DNA from: Dimorphilus gyrociliatus
Lineage: Eukaryota; Animalia; Annelida
Reading direction: 5' to 3'
Assembly: GCA_904063045.1 (NCBI GenBank)
Contig: CAJFCJ010000024.1
Span: 248,001-312,000, forward strand
Length of the DNA: 64,000 nt
The notes beneath the pieces were generated by a model. That model had not been told where the DNA came from, did no database searches, and worked only from the letters and a program-made list of their open reading frames with translations. The translations under genes and the position numbers were made by a program. This document shows, piece by piece, positions 1-13,546 of this stretch (positions are counted from its first letter, which is position 1; each line of letters begins with the position of its first letter).

Positions 1-1745
1 CGCAATTATCAGAAAACCAATCTTTTAAAAACACTGAAAATAAAATCAACAATTCCGTTAATACTATAAACTAAAGCAACCATTTTTCTTTAACTAATTA
101 GTAGTACATGAGAGATCGTTATTCTCCTCGGGAGTTCTACTTGTTGAAAAAGTAGCGCACTTGAATATTTCGTTTTCCTTAAAAAAAACAGTAGTTAGTT
201 GATTTTCAAAGTCAATCTATTACTGAAAATGCATTGTACGACTTACATGTATTAATATCTCGAAAATGGAAAAAACTTTGACTTTCGTAACATAATCATT
301 ATCTGCAATTCTTACGAAAATGACGGCAGTTCTCAGAGAACCAGGAGAATATGAAATCGTAGAACCTGTCTTAGTTTCATTCTGTCATAATGGGTTTCAG
401 AAAATGTAAAACAAAAGATAAAAAGAAACTATTAAATTGAGAATATCTCAAAATGAATATATTTGTTATTTACGATTTCCCGACTATATGTAACTTTCAT
501 ATTATCTCTTCTTTCTTCTCTATCACCAGTTGAAGCTGCACTTTTCACTATTTTAGATTTGAATGCCTTTATGTTCTTGAATACAATGATATATGCTTTA
601 TAACTGCCAGCAAGTCCTACTTAATAGTAATAAAAAGTTACTTCGAAATAAAGAATCTATTTCATTTTGAATTTACTTCGATCCTTTTCAACAGATATTG
701 ACAAGAATAAACTACTCTTTCGATCAATTTGAAATGAATTTCTATATGATCCAGAAGCTATCCCTTCATGAAAAGTAATGGATCTATCGAATGAATGAAG
801 ATTTGACGGATATAAAGGAGGTTTCAGAATACTTGAGTTTGTTAAAGTTATAAAACATCTGTGTTAAAAAAGTATAATTTTAATAATTAGAACATTACTC
901 TGTATTCATATAATGAATTTACTGTCCATTGCTTCTATGATCATCAAAGGGTACAGGAATGGAATTGATAACGTAGGTTATTATGTCCACATACATTTGA
1001 TTTCGAAGTCTTTCCCTATACCCTGATTCTTTACGATTCGTGAAAAGATTACTTTCACAAAATTTTTTTGAATAGTACAGAAAAAGAAGTTGCGGTAGTC
1101 TTAAACCTTCTTTTCTTACTATTATTTCATGGAATGTCTCAATTAATTCATCATAATTCAAGCGCCCATTTTCATACTTTAATAAAATAATAAGTTATAT
1201 TTTCATCAATTCAGATGTCACAAACATACAAATAAATATATTTACCATGTTTTGTACTATTTGTAGAGGATGGCTCAAACATGCTTCAACTTGAGCTGGC
1301 TGCCATAATCCAACATTTTCCTTCTCTGGATCAACCGTGCAAACCATATAAGCTTGAGTACTTTTAAAACTTAACTTATTGGAAATGTTCATGTTCATAG
1401 ATAAATGACAAGGTAATAGAACCCTGTAACCAATTGGTATTTTTGGCCATGTTAGAGCGAAACTAAGGTCGCCAATGCCATAGTAAGTTTTCGTTTTATT
1501 GCAAAATCCAACTTATAGTGATAAACAACAAGTTAAAAGGAACAAGTTAAAAAATATGATAAAATCTTACTTTTTCTGCATTCCTTGGGCATATCATCAT
1601 CATATTCATTGTCTAAACTGTTGGCTATATTTTGTACTTTTATAGGTAGACTTGAGTCTTTTTCTATAACAATTGTGGAAGATGTAGACAAAGAAATTAA
1701 ACAAATTTCCAATGAAATTGCAAAGAATAATATTAGTTTGTTCAT
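1..1745 (-). CDS. Multi-exon secreted/cell-surface protein with a hormone-receptor (HRM) domain, likely adhesion-GPCR-type ectodomain; 3' end uncertain, may run out of the window
   Basis: Signal-peptide-like start MNKLILFFAISLEICLISLS (ATG 1745). The spliced next exon reads GFCNKTKT...LTWPKIPIGYRVLLPCH...AYMVCT...GLWQPAQVEAC, matching the C..W P...G....LPC...C...G.W..P....C pattern of family-2 GPCR HRM domains. Further GT-AG exons (~1160-910, ~860-680, ~620-470, ~400-260) include a YIIVFKN segment reminiscent of GAIN domains. No 7TM seen in the window. Confidence 0.45.
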
Positions 1746-1789
1746 ACTTTCTTCCAAAATGAGGCTGAAAGAAAAAATAAACTAATCAG

Positions 1790-1960
1790 CCTGTAAATAT
1801 GTATATATTTATATGTGTGTGAGTATATATACTAATATAAATATATATATATATATATTTTATATATAAAAGCAGATATACATACATATAAATTTATATA
1901 TATATATAAATATATGCATATAAATATACATATATGAATATTTATATATTAATTGATCAG
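1790..1960. repeat. TA-rich low-complexity tract between divergent genes
   Basis: Almost entirely (TA)n/ATAT variants. Confidence 0.8.
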
Positions 1961-2100
1961 ATATAATATTTATGCCATTTAATAAATCACCAATATTTTA
2001 ATGTATTATTTTTGTTCATATGTAATGCAAATAAAAATACCATTTGCAAATTCCTGGTGCATTTGTATTCATAATAAGTACAGTAAATAATTCCTCCTTA

Positions 2101-3290
2101 GGTTGTCTTTATACTTTGACCCCGTTATATTATTCCATCACTCCCATCATTAAGTAATGAATTAAAGAATACAGTAAAGAATTGTATACATGAAAATGTA
2201 ATGCTTCATTACTTACGTAACTAAGTCAAAACTTTCCTTCAGGTATCATTTATTAGTAATTTTTTTTTTCTTATTCTCTCTAAAAGGTTTATGAAGAGAG
2301 AATTAGATGGAGAAATCACGACCAGGTACGGAATGATATTTATAACGTAAGTTCTATTTTTATTATGTTCCTATTGTACATATTTAATATATTTTGTAAA
2401 TAGCTAATGGAAAGCAACTTGAATATGCGTATTAAATCAGGCTTTGTATAATAATAACATATTCAACTTTTAAAATAGTATAATACAAAATGGATTCAGT
2501 CATCTGTAAAATATACTCAAGGGAATTTAAACTTAGCTTTAACTAGGGTGATTGAAATTTATACATGTTTTTTTATCTGAAGAACGTTTTCCTCTTAGGA
2601 GGAGAAACGATAACCCTATTACTGTTAAATATACAGTATACACGACTAAATACATATCTTAGTATTGTGAATAAATGATATTACTAAAAATATCCAGGTT
2701 AAGATTAGGAATATCATTATTTTTAACAATGATATATAAGGATAAGTCCTTATTGTTTTTTTCTTCTCATTTTATACATCTTTTCATGGTCACTGGAAAT
2801 AAGAGAAACAATTAGTTTCCTTCTTTTCTATTCTTAAAAAAACTATTTTCTATTAATGTAAATGTAAAGCATTGTTGGAAAATAACAAATTATGAGATAT
2901 AAACTGCATTCCTTTCCCAATTAGTTTAAGAATAAAAGAAATCTAGGTTTGCGTTGTGTAATTCGAAGAAGTCTTTTGCAAAGTAGCATTTCTCTTCCTT
3001 ATCTCTATAAAAATTTATATATGATATATATAAATTATAAATAATATTTTCCTTCACTATTCATTATCTTTTCTTCCCTTCTTCATTTTATCTTATAACC
3101 TTGTACTTAATATCTTTTTAGGAAACATAAAAAAGAGTATCGGTTAAAAGGCTAAGGAATAAAGTTAGAAGCTCCTTAGTGATTTAGATTTCCCAAGCAG
3201 AGTTGAAAAAACTCTCTCCTAAATTTTTATTCCTTCCTTTTTAGTTTAAGTCCAACAGGCTGAAGTCTTCAGACTTCTCTATAAAAAATA

Positions 3291-3324
<34 letters not shown>

Positions 3325-6300
3325 CAGTATGTATTTTCTATTGATAGAAAAAATGACAGTAGATCTTTTTCTAATACGATGAAGAATAGGCCTTAATTAT
3401 AAATAAGTAGGTCAAAGTTTTACAAGTATAGATAAAGAAATAATTATTTTATTTCGTACTAAACATATACAAGGAGATTACTATGAGCAAATCAAAAATT
3501 TGTTGAATATTATTATCATTCAAGTGATATGTTATCTACAAGAGTATATCAACAACAGAAAAAAATTTCATTCAATCAAACAATCAATCAAAGTTAAAGA
3601 GTCGATATCGAATTGGCTATTTCTCCTTTTTTTTTTAATTTAAAAAATCTTTATTCAAGTTAATAACTTCCTTAATTATTGTTTGTATAATATTGTTGAT
3701 TTGAACACAACAATAATGACTTCTGAACAGGTAAAAACAACAACAACATACTTCTGATATTGTTCTCTTTCCATTATAAATGTTTGAAATAATTTTATAT
3801 TGATGTTATAAAAAGTGATTAGGCAAGTGAAATATATTGATTGTTTTTTTTTGTGTTTGTTTTAATGAAACAAGAGCGAAGAATTGAATAATTCTAACGA
3901 ACAAGGAAAAGGATGTAAGTATTTATAAATACGCTAGCTAATCTACTTGCGGATAGAGTATTAGATGATAAAATGAATAGCTACATAATTGATTAAGTAA
4001 TTAACTTATTCAACATATATATACAGTATATATATATTTAAATTTTGATAGATGAATGTAGGCTTGTATAAAAAGATATAAAAAAAAAGAACGCTGCTTG
4101 AAAATCAATACATAATCAGTAGTGCTTCATTGATTTCTCTAAATTATTGGGCATTTGGGATTTTTTCAGACCCTTGATTACATTCGTTATTTGCATTTAC
4201 TGTTTCCTATCTCTTTTCTGTACAGCTTTGCAGTATTTCTTTGTATCTTAGTTAAGCATTATTTCAGTAACGTTTTAACAAAATAAGTCTAAACTTTCTC
4301 TTACAGGCGATTTGGTCACTTTTAAAGAAGATTTACTTCCAATATTGAAACTTACGGAATACGTTGATGATCAAAGACAAGCAATTGAATCAAACGACAA
4401 TACAACATGCGATACTAATGATACTAAATTATTAGGTAGGCCTTTTAGATAGTTTCTATTTTCCTTTTAAACAGAATAGACAAATGAACAAACAAAAACC
4501 ATTTAAAACAGCAGAAAAGGATACAAAGAATTTAAAAACAGTTAATAAAACTGCAAGTGATAATTCTGAATATGAAATATGTGTTAGATATTCTGATCTT
4601 CTAAATCCTCCTCCCTTACGAATTCAAGTTAATACTATTCAATCAAAAGTTGAAGAAATATTACAAGAAAAATATCCTGAATCCTTAACATTTGATGAGA
4701 AAATAATAAAATTTGAAAATATACTTCGTATACCTAAGAAATCAATTGTAAAAAACAAGAAAAATGTCCGACTAAAGTCGTATTCGCATTCCAATTTATT
4801 TGATATTAAAAAGATGAAACGTTGTGAATCTCTTAAGAACAAAACTCCTAATATTCTATCTCATTCTTTGGAAGATGTCCGAATAAAGCCTGATACTCCT
4901 AATGTAAGTTTAATTATCAGATATTTTGTGATCAACAGGTAATATTATTTTGTTTTCTATATTTATAGCTCTGTGAACCGGAAGTTGATTGTTATCCGTA
5001 CAATAGACTATCAGAGGTGAGTAAATAATTTTCTATTCTTTCTTAATTTCAACTTTTATTCTTTTATCTGTTTCTCTTCGATCATTTAGATAAACTTTTT
5101 CTTAATTAATTGAATACAAAAAAACTAAACAAAATAAAACATACAGGGCATAATGAGTAGTCGATTACGTCATCTAATATTGGAAAGAGAATGTCTAGCA
5201 ACAAATATAAGACATTTGAAAAGACAAAAATGTATACTATTCATTTTATAGGAAAAAAACCTATTTTTCTTCTTAAATTCTCTTCTTAATAATTGTACTA
5301 ACAATAATTTGTAATTCGAAATTAGCAGCAAGTTCAATGTTATATAAAACAAGGACAAAATCATCTAAATTCTTATTAAAATTCCTCGAGAAAAATAGAA
5401 AGACTCTTATGAAAGAAGTGATAGATTTGAAAGGGACAGTATCAAGTCTAAAAAATAAGGTGTGAAGAGGCAAACTAACGCACAAACATCCGTGTCCTTT
5501 CTACTCTCCCTTTTCTTTTGTAGAGTCAATAGCCCTCACTAATTTATTATGTGACACTTTTCCTCCTCCTCCTCTGTTTATTAGTTACACAAAATATAGA
5601 ACTATTCTTATTTATATAAATGAAATTACTTTATTAATTAATTATCTCATTAGATTGTTAATATTGTTGTCTAATTGCTTTTATTTTTGTTTTTACATCT
5701 AGAATGAAATGTTAGCTCAAATGCTTTCTGATAAGGATTTGGAAAAGGAAGAATTACTTGAAAATCTAAGATCAAATGATTTTATTGCTAAAGAAAAACA
5801 TTTATTACAAGTTAACCTCTTGCAATTTTTATAGATTTTTTTAAATTAATTAATATTACTTAATTTACTTTGTTAGTTAAGATCCAATGAATTAAAGAAT
5901 AACCTTCAAGAAAGTAATGAACAGTGTTTAAGGATAATAACCGATAAACAGAAATCAAAAGATCAATTTACAACACAAACTAATGAATCTCAATTGATAA
6001 ACCCTTTAGAATTTGACATTGTAAAAGTTCACTAATTATTTGTTATTATAGCCAATCTAAACTATTTTTAATTGACAGAACGTAATTATGGAGGATAAAG
6101 TAAAGATGTTGGGCGATAAATTGGAAAACGAAAGAACTGATTATAAAAAACATAAAAGATTATTAGAAGATGAAATTAAAATGCTTACGAATGAAAATCG
6201 GATGGTTAAAGCTAAATTTGAGGAAGAAAGAATTCAAAAACATCTTATTGAGCTAGAAGCTGAAAAACTAATAGAAGATAATGATTTATTAAGGAAAGGA

Positions 6301-7577
6301 TCTTCGGAGAGATTATTACAAAATAATGTAGGTCTTTCTATTAATTCTTTTAAAATATTTCAATAGATTTTATTATACTATTCCATAGACAACAAACTTT
6401 GAAAGAACCTTGTACGAAAGGAAATTTGAAGACTTAACTCAAGATTTTCATCACTTATTAAACGAGAAACAACTTGCAGAGACTGAATTTGACAATAAAT
6501 TAATTGAAGCTAAATCCTCAATTCAAGAATTAAAAGAAGAAAATCAGCGAATTCAAGATAAATATGATGAAATTTTAACGGAAAATCGAGCGTTAAAAAG
6601 TCACAATTTAGTCATTAAAGTAGACAAGAAAAATCAAGAAAAACTTGAGAATGAATTAATTATGATAAAAGGTTGTTTTTTACTAATATTTTTCATAAAT
6701 TAAAGAAATGTAGTTTGTTTTTTCTTATTTGTTTTAAAGAAAAGCTAAATGATACTGTGGAAAGGTTAGAAACATCATCTAATGAAGGTGCCATTTACAA
6801 GAGGCAACTTGATACTATAAAAGTTGAGATGAACTCTTTAAACTATCAATTAAAATTGAAGGAGGAACAATGTCAAACTTTAAAACCTGACAGACAATTA
6901 ATACCTGAAAACAACTCGCAATCGCTAAAGGAAATTGCCAGTCTTCAAGAAAAAGTAAGATAAAAGAAGATAGCCTCTTTTCTTTTAAATAGCTAATTTT
7001 CTAGATAACAAACGCGGAAGAAGAGTTGATTCTATGGAAGAAGAAATATGATAATTTAAATATTGAAAATTTAAAACTTCAGGATGAACTAAATTCTAAA
7101 GAGGACTTGAACGAAGCAGCACGAAACGTTACGGGTAATACTAGAGTACGTATTGAACAATATCTAAAAGTAGCTTTTTATATAAATACACTGTATTATA
7201 TAATTATATAAACTGACAGGTATTGGAGTTAGAAACGCTTCTTAGAGAAAGAGAAAATCAAATAATTAAATACGAAATCAACACTAAATTAGATATAAAT
7301 GAATTGCATAAAGCTCTCTCTACAACTAAAGAATTAGAAGGAAAAGTAGAAAAATATGATGAAGAAGTATTTATAATATATATAATTGAGTATTTTATAA
7401 TCTAGTTATGAACTTAAAATTGTCTAGAGGAGAAGACATATACAAGATGTCAGGGATTTAAAAAAAGATCGTGAAATTGCTGTAACAAATTCGATTGCGC
7501 AATCGAATGCTTTAGAATATTTAAATGAAGAATTAGATAAAGTTAATCAACTATTGATAGAATCTTCAATAGAGGTA

Positions 7578-7608
<31 letters not shown>

Positions 7609-10600
7609 TATCAGCACACTATAGGTCAGTGAAAATAACGTTTTCTTGAATACTACTCCCCAAGCTATCCATATGATTCATTTAAATCTTGAAAATTGGC
7701 ACCAAAACATTCATATTTATCTATAATCGATGACAAGCAGATGTTTCTTTCAACCCCATTGACTTTCCTAGGATATGTAGAAAAAAATTAGGCAGTTTTT
7801 GTAACAATACTTGTAATATTATGGAAGCATTTTCTCGATTCATTGCAAGAATAAGAGACGAAGATGATGAAAAAAAAGAAGATAAGGATAAAGACACAAA
7901 AGAGGGAGACGCTATAGTAAAAGACGAGGTTTAATTATTAAAAACTTAGGCCTAATATCTTATGTATCACTCCTGTTGCTCTTGAAATGTTCTACCGGTT
8001 TTCGGCTTTAATTATTCATTTCTATTTGTAGAATAAAAAATTAGAAAAAGATGTTCAATTAGAGAAGGAGAGAACAAAAGAATTATCCGATCAGGTATTT
8101 TATAAGCAAGATTATTTCCGTAGTATTTTATAATAACCTTTAGTAGAGATATTTATGTGTCACAAGTGTATTGTAAACTTTTTACTATTTCTTTATACTA
8201 TTATCTAGGTTACCTCGAAAAATGCTCTCTTAGAACAAGGAGTTTCTAAAGCCATTGAAAACGGGTCATTGAAGATAGCTCCAGATGCAGCGACCAGTAT
8301 TGCAGATTTGCAAAATCTGAGAACAGAATGTAGTATATTACAACGACAATTAGAGCTTTCTCAAAAAACCGTAGAAGAAGCTCACATTGCTAAAGAAAAT
8401 GCCGAATATAAGTTGAGAGCCTACGAAACTCAATCCGGAAATCAAAATAGTATCTTAGAAGCTTTAAATAATGCAAAAATTCAAGCAGAACAAAAAGCAG
8501 ATGTTAGTTTTTTTTTATTAATTTTAATAAATTAATTGATTTAATTTATATAGTATTTTGTTCTTAAAATATTTGTATTTTTTATTCTCTTTTCTCTCTT
8601 TTATCGTTCAAGTATTATGAAAGTGAATTTGAAAAATTGAAAGAAAGAAACAAAGAACTAGAAACAATTGTTACTGGATTCCAACCTCAGTTAAATGCTA
8701 TTCAAAATTCATATCAATCTGATCTCGAAAGAGCCCAAAAACAGGACACATTTACAGTTTGTTTAGTTATCACTTATACAATTACTTTACTGGAAGAATT
8801 TATTAAATTGATTTTTTTCACTTTCAAGTTAAGGCAGAATACAGCTGGATCAAAGGCTTTGGTATCAGTAAAGGACGGAGAATTAGCCCAACTAAAAGCT
8901 TTAAATAGGTATTTGATGTAACAATCTTATAAATGTGGTTACTCTTTAGAAATGCTCTAACGTTTCTTTTTAAATAGGAATCTCAAAAAAGAGCTGGAAC
9001 TTCTTTCAGAGCAATTAAGAATTGCCAAAGATGAAATGCTCTCAAACAGAGAAGAGATCAAAGCTCTAACATTCGCTTTAAAAAATAAGGTAAACAATCT
9101 TTATAATACGAATACTGTGTTCTTCGCTTCTTTCTTTTTCTTCTTCTTCTCTTGACGATATTCTCTGGCATTTTTAAAAGGAAGAAGAAATATCTCATTG
9201 GATTTCTGAAATTGAAAATATCAAAAGTGATAGAATGAATACATATCTTCAAATTGAACAATTAAATCAAGATATTACCAGGAAACAACACAGCTACTCT
9301 CAAACGTTGATGCAATGTCAACATTTGGACAAACAAGTCAGAAAAAAATCCTTTTCAAACATCTCTTTCATTATTAATTCATTAAACAGTTATTAGAGGA
9401 GCGAGAAGCTAGAAAGAACCTTGAAAAGAGATTATGGGAAAAGGAAAATGAATGCTTGTCTCACGATTCTGACTTTCGTACGGTTTCTAGGACATTAAGT
9501 ATAACAAGCGATGAAAGAGATGGGTATAAGGTATTATGCAATATGATAAAAAACGCAAGAAATGTTAAATATTTAATATTTATATTATGTTTGTTAATGT
9601 GTCTATAGGCCAAACTGGATGACCTTAACGAAAGGGTTCATGAAATGGTTAATGAAAAATCAAAATTACAGCACGAGTTGAGAGTAAAGGAAAATAAAGT
9701 AATTACTTTTCTTCCTTTTAACAACAAAAATATTAAAAGCATCTTTTCTTCTAATTTTGGTGCTAATTCTATTTTGTTTTTAGTTAGATGAAGCAATTAT
9801 GATGCGTAAACAAACGGAAAGGCAGCTAGAATCGACTAAAGAAGAGCTAAACGAATTGCAATTATCAAGAGATTGTTTACATGAGATTACCGATAATCAA
9901 AAAAGCTCTGTTTCAGCAGCTAAAGTTTGTTGTCACTAGTGTGTAATAGATTAAAAATCATTACATAATATACTTATAATAGAAACAGGCCACAAAATAT
10001 CATCAGGAAAAGACTGAGTTGAAAAAAACTATATCTGGTTTAGAGGGGGAAAAACATAAACTTCAAAGAAATTTAAGAGAGTCAGAAAGTGAAAAGGATC
10101 AATTAATTTCAGATAAAGAAAAATTGGCAAAAGGTTTAGTGTCACTCTTATTAAATGGAGATATTTAAACTTAATACCTCTAAATTACTTTATTTTCGTA
10201 CAGATGTCATAAAAATAGCAACCCAATTAGAAAACAAAGATGAACTATTGATTGAGCAAAAACATCGATACGAAAATGCTATTGAAAATATTAAATTAGA
10301 TTTTATCAATGAAACAACGAAACTTGCCCAATTAAAGGATGCCGCCGAAAACGAGGCAAAGAAATTGAAAGAAGAAAAGAGAGAATTAGAGCATGAATTA
10401 GAACTTAGAGAGAGAGAAATGACAGACTACGATAAGAATTCAGATAATAATGAATATTTTTCAAGGGAGAAGAAAGATTTAAATAACAAACTTCAAGCTT
10501 TACAAAATGAAAATAGAGATTTAAGTTCAGAGGTGAAAAAAGTCAATCAAAGTCTTTATTTATTGGAAAAAGATAAAGAACATCTAGATAAGCTTATTCA

Positions 10601-12703
10601 AGAAAAAGATAAACAATATAGTCAATTAAGGGAAGAACTAAATACCGAGAGACATAAATTTATGAACGATATATTTTCTTTAAGAGAAAAATCCTATCAA
10701 CAAGAAAAGCAAACAGATAATAAAATTGCTGATATTTCTGAAAAGTATAAAAGATCCAGAAGCGAGAAAGAAGAATTAAATATGCAATACACAGATCTAT
10801 TGAGAAGTTACGAAAACGTTAAAGGCGATATAAAAGAATTAGAATATCAAAATGAACGTCTAAACAGTCATATTGAAAGTATTGGAAACAACACCCAATA
10901 TGCCGAGAAACAATGTGATGTTTATAAAGCTAGGAATGAATCTTTAAAGCAACAATTGGTAATAAAAATACAATTAATTACACATAATTAGTATATTTAT
11001 CTCTCTCTTTGTATATTCATATATATATATATGATTATTATAATTCACTAAGGCTAAAGAAGAAGAAGAAAAACAAAAACTGAAGGGTCAATTGATTAAT
11101 TGTCAAACAGAGTTGATAAAGGTTAAAGAATATTACGACAATTATAAAAGAGAGGGAGAGTCTTCTATTACACTATTGACAACCAACCAAGACTATACGA
11201 AAGGTTTAGAAGAACAATTAAAAGACGCTAGAGTAAGCTGTAAATAATGATTAACTAACTCATTAACTGTAAACATTTTTTTTAAAAAAAAAAGAATCAA
11301 ATTTTAACTTTACAAGAAGAACTAGAAAAAACTAAGCTAGAGTATGAATGTAAAATAAAACTAATTCAAGATGAACTAGATGCAATAAAGTAAGTTTACC
11401 AGTTCAAATAGAAACATATAATGTAATAAAAGAGTTAGATAATGTAATTATCCTCTATTGCGCAATAAATAATTCAAGATCTTTGACAGTAATATACTGT
11501 ATATATACCTTTCTCTAATCAAAAGGGGGACAAGCGTTAATAAAATTGATGATTTGACGAAGGAGAATGAAAGATTATCTACTAATTTACAAGATACAAA
11601 ACGTATTTTAAGTGATAAAATAGAAAAACTTAAAAATGTAAGATTAAATTATTCATTTCTATTTATTTTCCTCTTTTGTAATGTCTAATATCTTCCATCT
11701 CTTTTTTTTCTCTTTACTATTTTTAGCTACAAACTGAATTAGAAGACACTAAGTCTGCTTATGAACACAAGTCTAATGAATTAATTAAAAACCAATCAAA
11801 ACTAAGACTAGAATTAGAAACGAGACAAGAACTTGAGGAAAGGTTAGTGTATTTCTTATAATACGGTACCGTATATTTTTAAATATTAAATAGATAATAT
11901 ACCTTCTATAGTTGTATTAAAAAGAAGTATAACAAAAAAAGATCTTAATAAATCACTCATTTAGTTGAATATATTAATAATTTAAATAAAAATAATAACA
12001 ATAGGCTTAACAAGCGAGAAGAAATGATGAATGAACTCCTGACAAATTCAGAGAAGGATAAAACCCATATAATAGAAATCTCTAAGTTTGTATATGTGTG
12101 TTATAGGCCTTAATGTACAATTATTCACCAATGAATTTTAAATATTCATATTAGCTATATTATCACACTATATATAATTCAGCACAAGATACTTCACATA
12201 TACTTTTTAATATATTTCACTATCCGCTTCCTTTCCAGTGCCAAGTTAAATTCGGTATTGAAAAGAGTTGAAGAAAGGGATAAAGAATTGGAAGTTCAAA
12301 CCGAACATTATCAGGATATTGAGAAGAAAAATGTACAGAGTGAATATAAGATAGTGAACGAGTTCTCTACAAAGGTATATATTTTCAAGTATATTAATAT
12401 ATACACATATTAGTGTACACATGTCGACTGATAAAATAGTTAAAAGAGGCTGACGACCGTTTAAAGAGAGAGAAAATGTCACATTCCTTAACGAAACGAC
12501 AATTAGAGATGGCTCACGAAGATTGCGAAATACTAAGAGAGCAATTAAGAATGAATAGAAGCAAATATAATCAACGAATTCTAAGTATGGCCAACTTCGA
12601 TTCTGGTAAAAATAGATCGGAAAAAATTAATGAGATTATCGCGAGAAGTGAAGAAAAAGCCCAAAGACTTTTAGAAAGTGGAAAAGTATTCGACATTCCC
12701 TAA
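2101..12703 (+). CDS. Large multi-exon coiled-coil protein (centrosomal/rootletin/myosin-tail-like composition); true start uncertain
   Basis: More than 25 short E/K/L-rich exons join in frame through GT-AG introns (ORFs 4484, 6088, 6410, 6673, 7026, 7223, 8269, 8637, 10155, 12476 plus intervening exons); stop at 12701-12703. No family-specific motif recognised. Confidence 0.75.
3294..3322. repeat. (TA)n microsatellite
   Basis: Perfect dinucleotide run in an intron. Confidence 0.9.
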
Positions 12704-13546
12704 ATGATAATAATAATAAAAATATTAATAATTAATAACAATAATAACAATAAACAATCAAAAATTTCAAGCGTCATCTGTGATAATAGGAAAATATGTA
12801 GATATTTTTTTTACTACAAATATACATGAATTAAATACAAAATATTGTTTTTTAATCAATTTTTATGTTATTTTAAGGTATGATCAAGTATTATTACATT
12901 GAAAAAATAGCATAAAAAATATCTAATTAGCAACAAAGATAATTTAAAAGGCAAAATGTTTATAAAAGCACAGCGGTCTAAGACACAATAGGATAAATTA
13001 GACAGAGAAGAAAGTATATAAATATGGACATATACACACATACAGTATATATATATATATATATACTGTATATTATATGGGAAAAAGAAAACAAACGAAA
13101 AGCTGTTCCATTATCAACTATTCTACGGGAAAAACTAAAGTGTGACACGATATTTCTCTCGTTTCTCTCTCTCTCTCTCTCTCAATCTTTTTCTCATCTC
13201 TTCTTCTGTCTTTAACTTTTTTGTATAATTCATCTTTTTCTTTTTCTCTCTGTCTGTCTATCGCTCGTTTTTTTTTCTTTTTTTTTTATTCTCTCTTGCT
13301 CCCCATCCATGCTTGTTTTCTCGGGAATTCAAGGAATTCGATAAAAGAATGTTGAATGTCAAGAGAATTAAAGACGAGAAGGATGAAAAATATACTATTT
13401 TTATATTTCGTCTTAGGAATATGTGCATTAATTATAAGTATAGTTATGGTTCATTTTGCAAGAAAAACCTGTTAAACGGAATTTTTAATATGTATAAATG
13501 TTTCTTTTCTATAGCCTACTTCTAATTTAATACATATTTGTAAAGT

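Noticed and set aside
8745-8828. Possible GA-AG intron or retained in-frame intron in the coiled-coil gene
   Set aside because: A canonical phase-0 donor (ACA|GTTTGT, ~8757) gives an ordinary 72-nt GT-AG intron, so no non-canonical site is needed.
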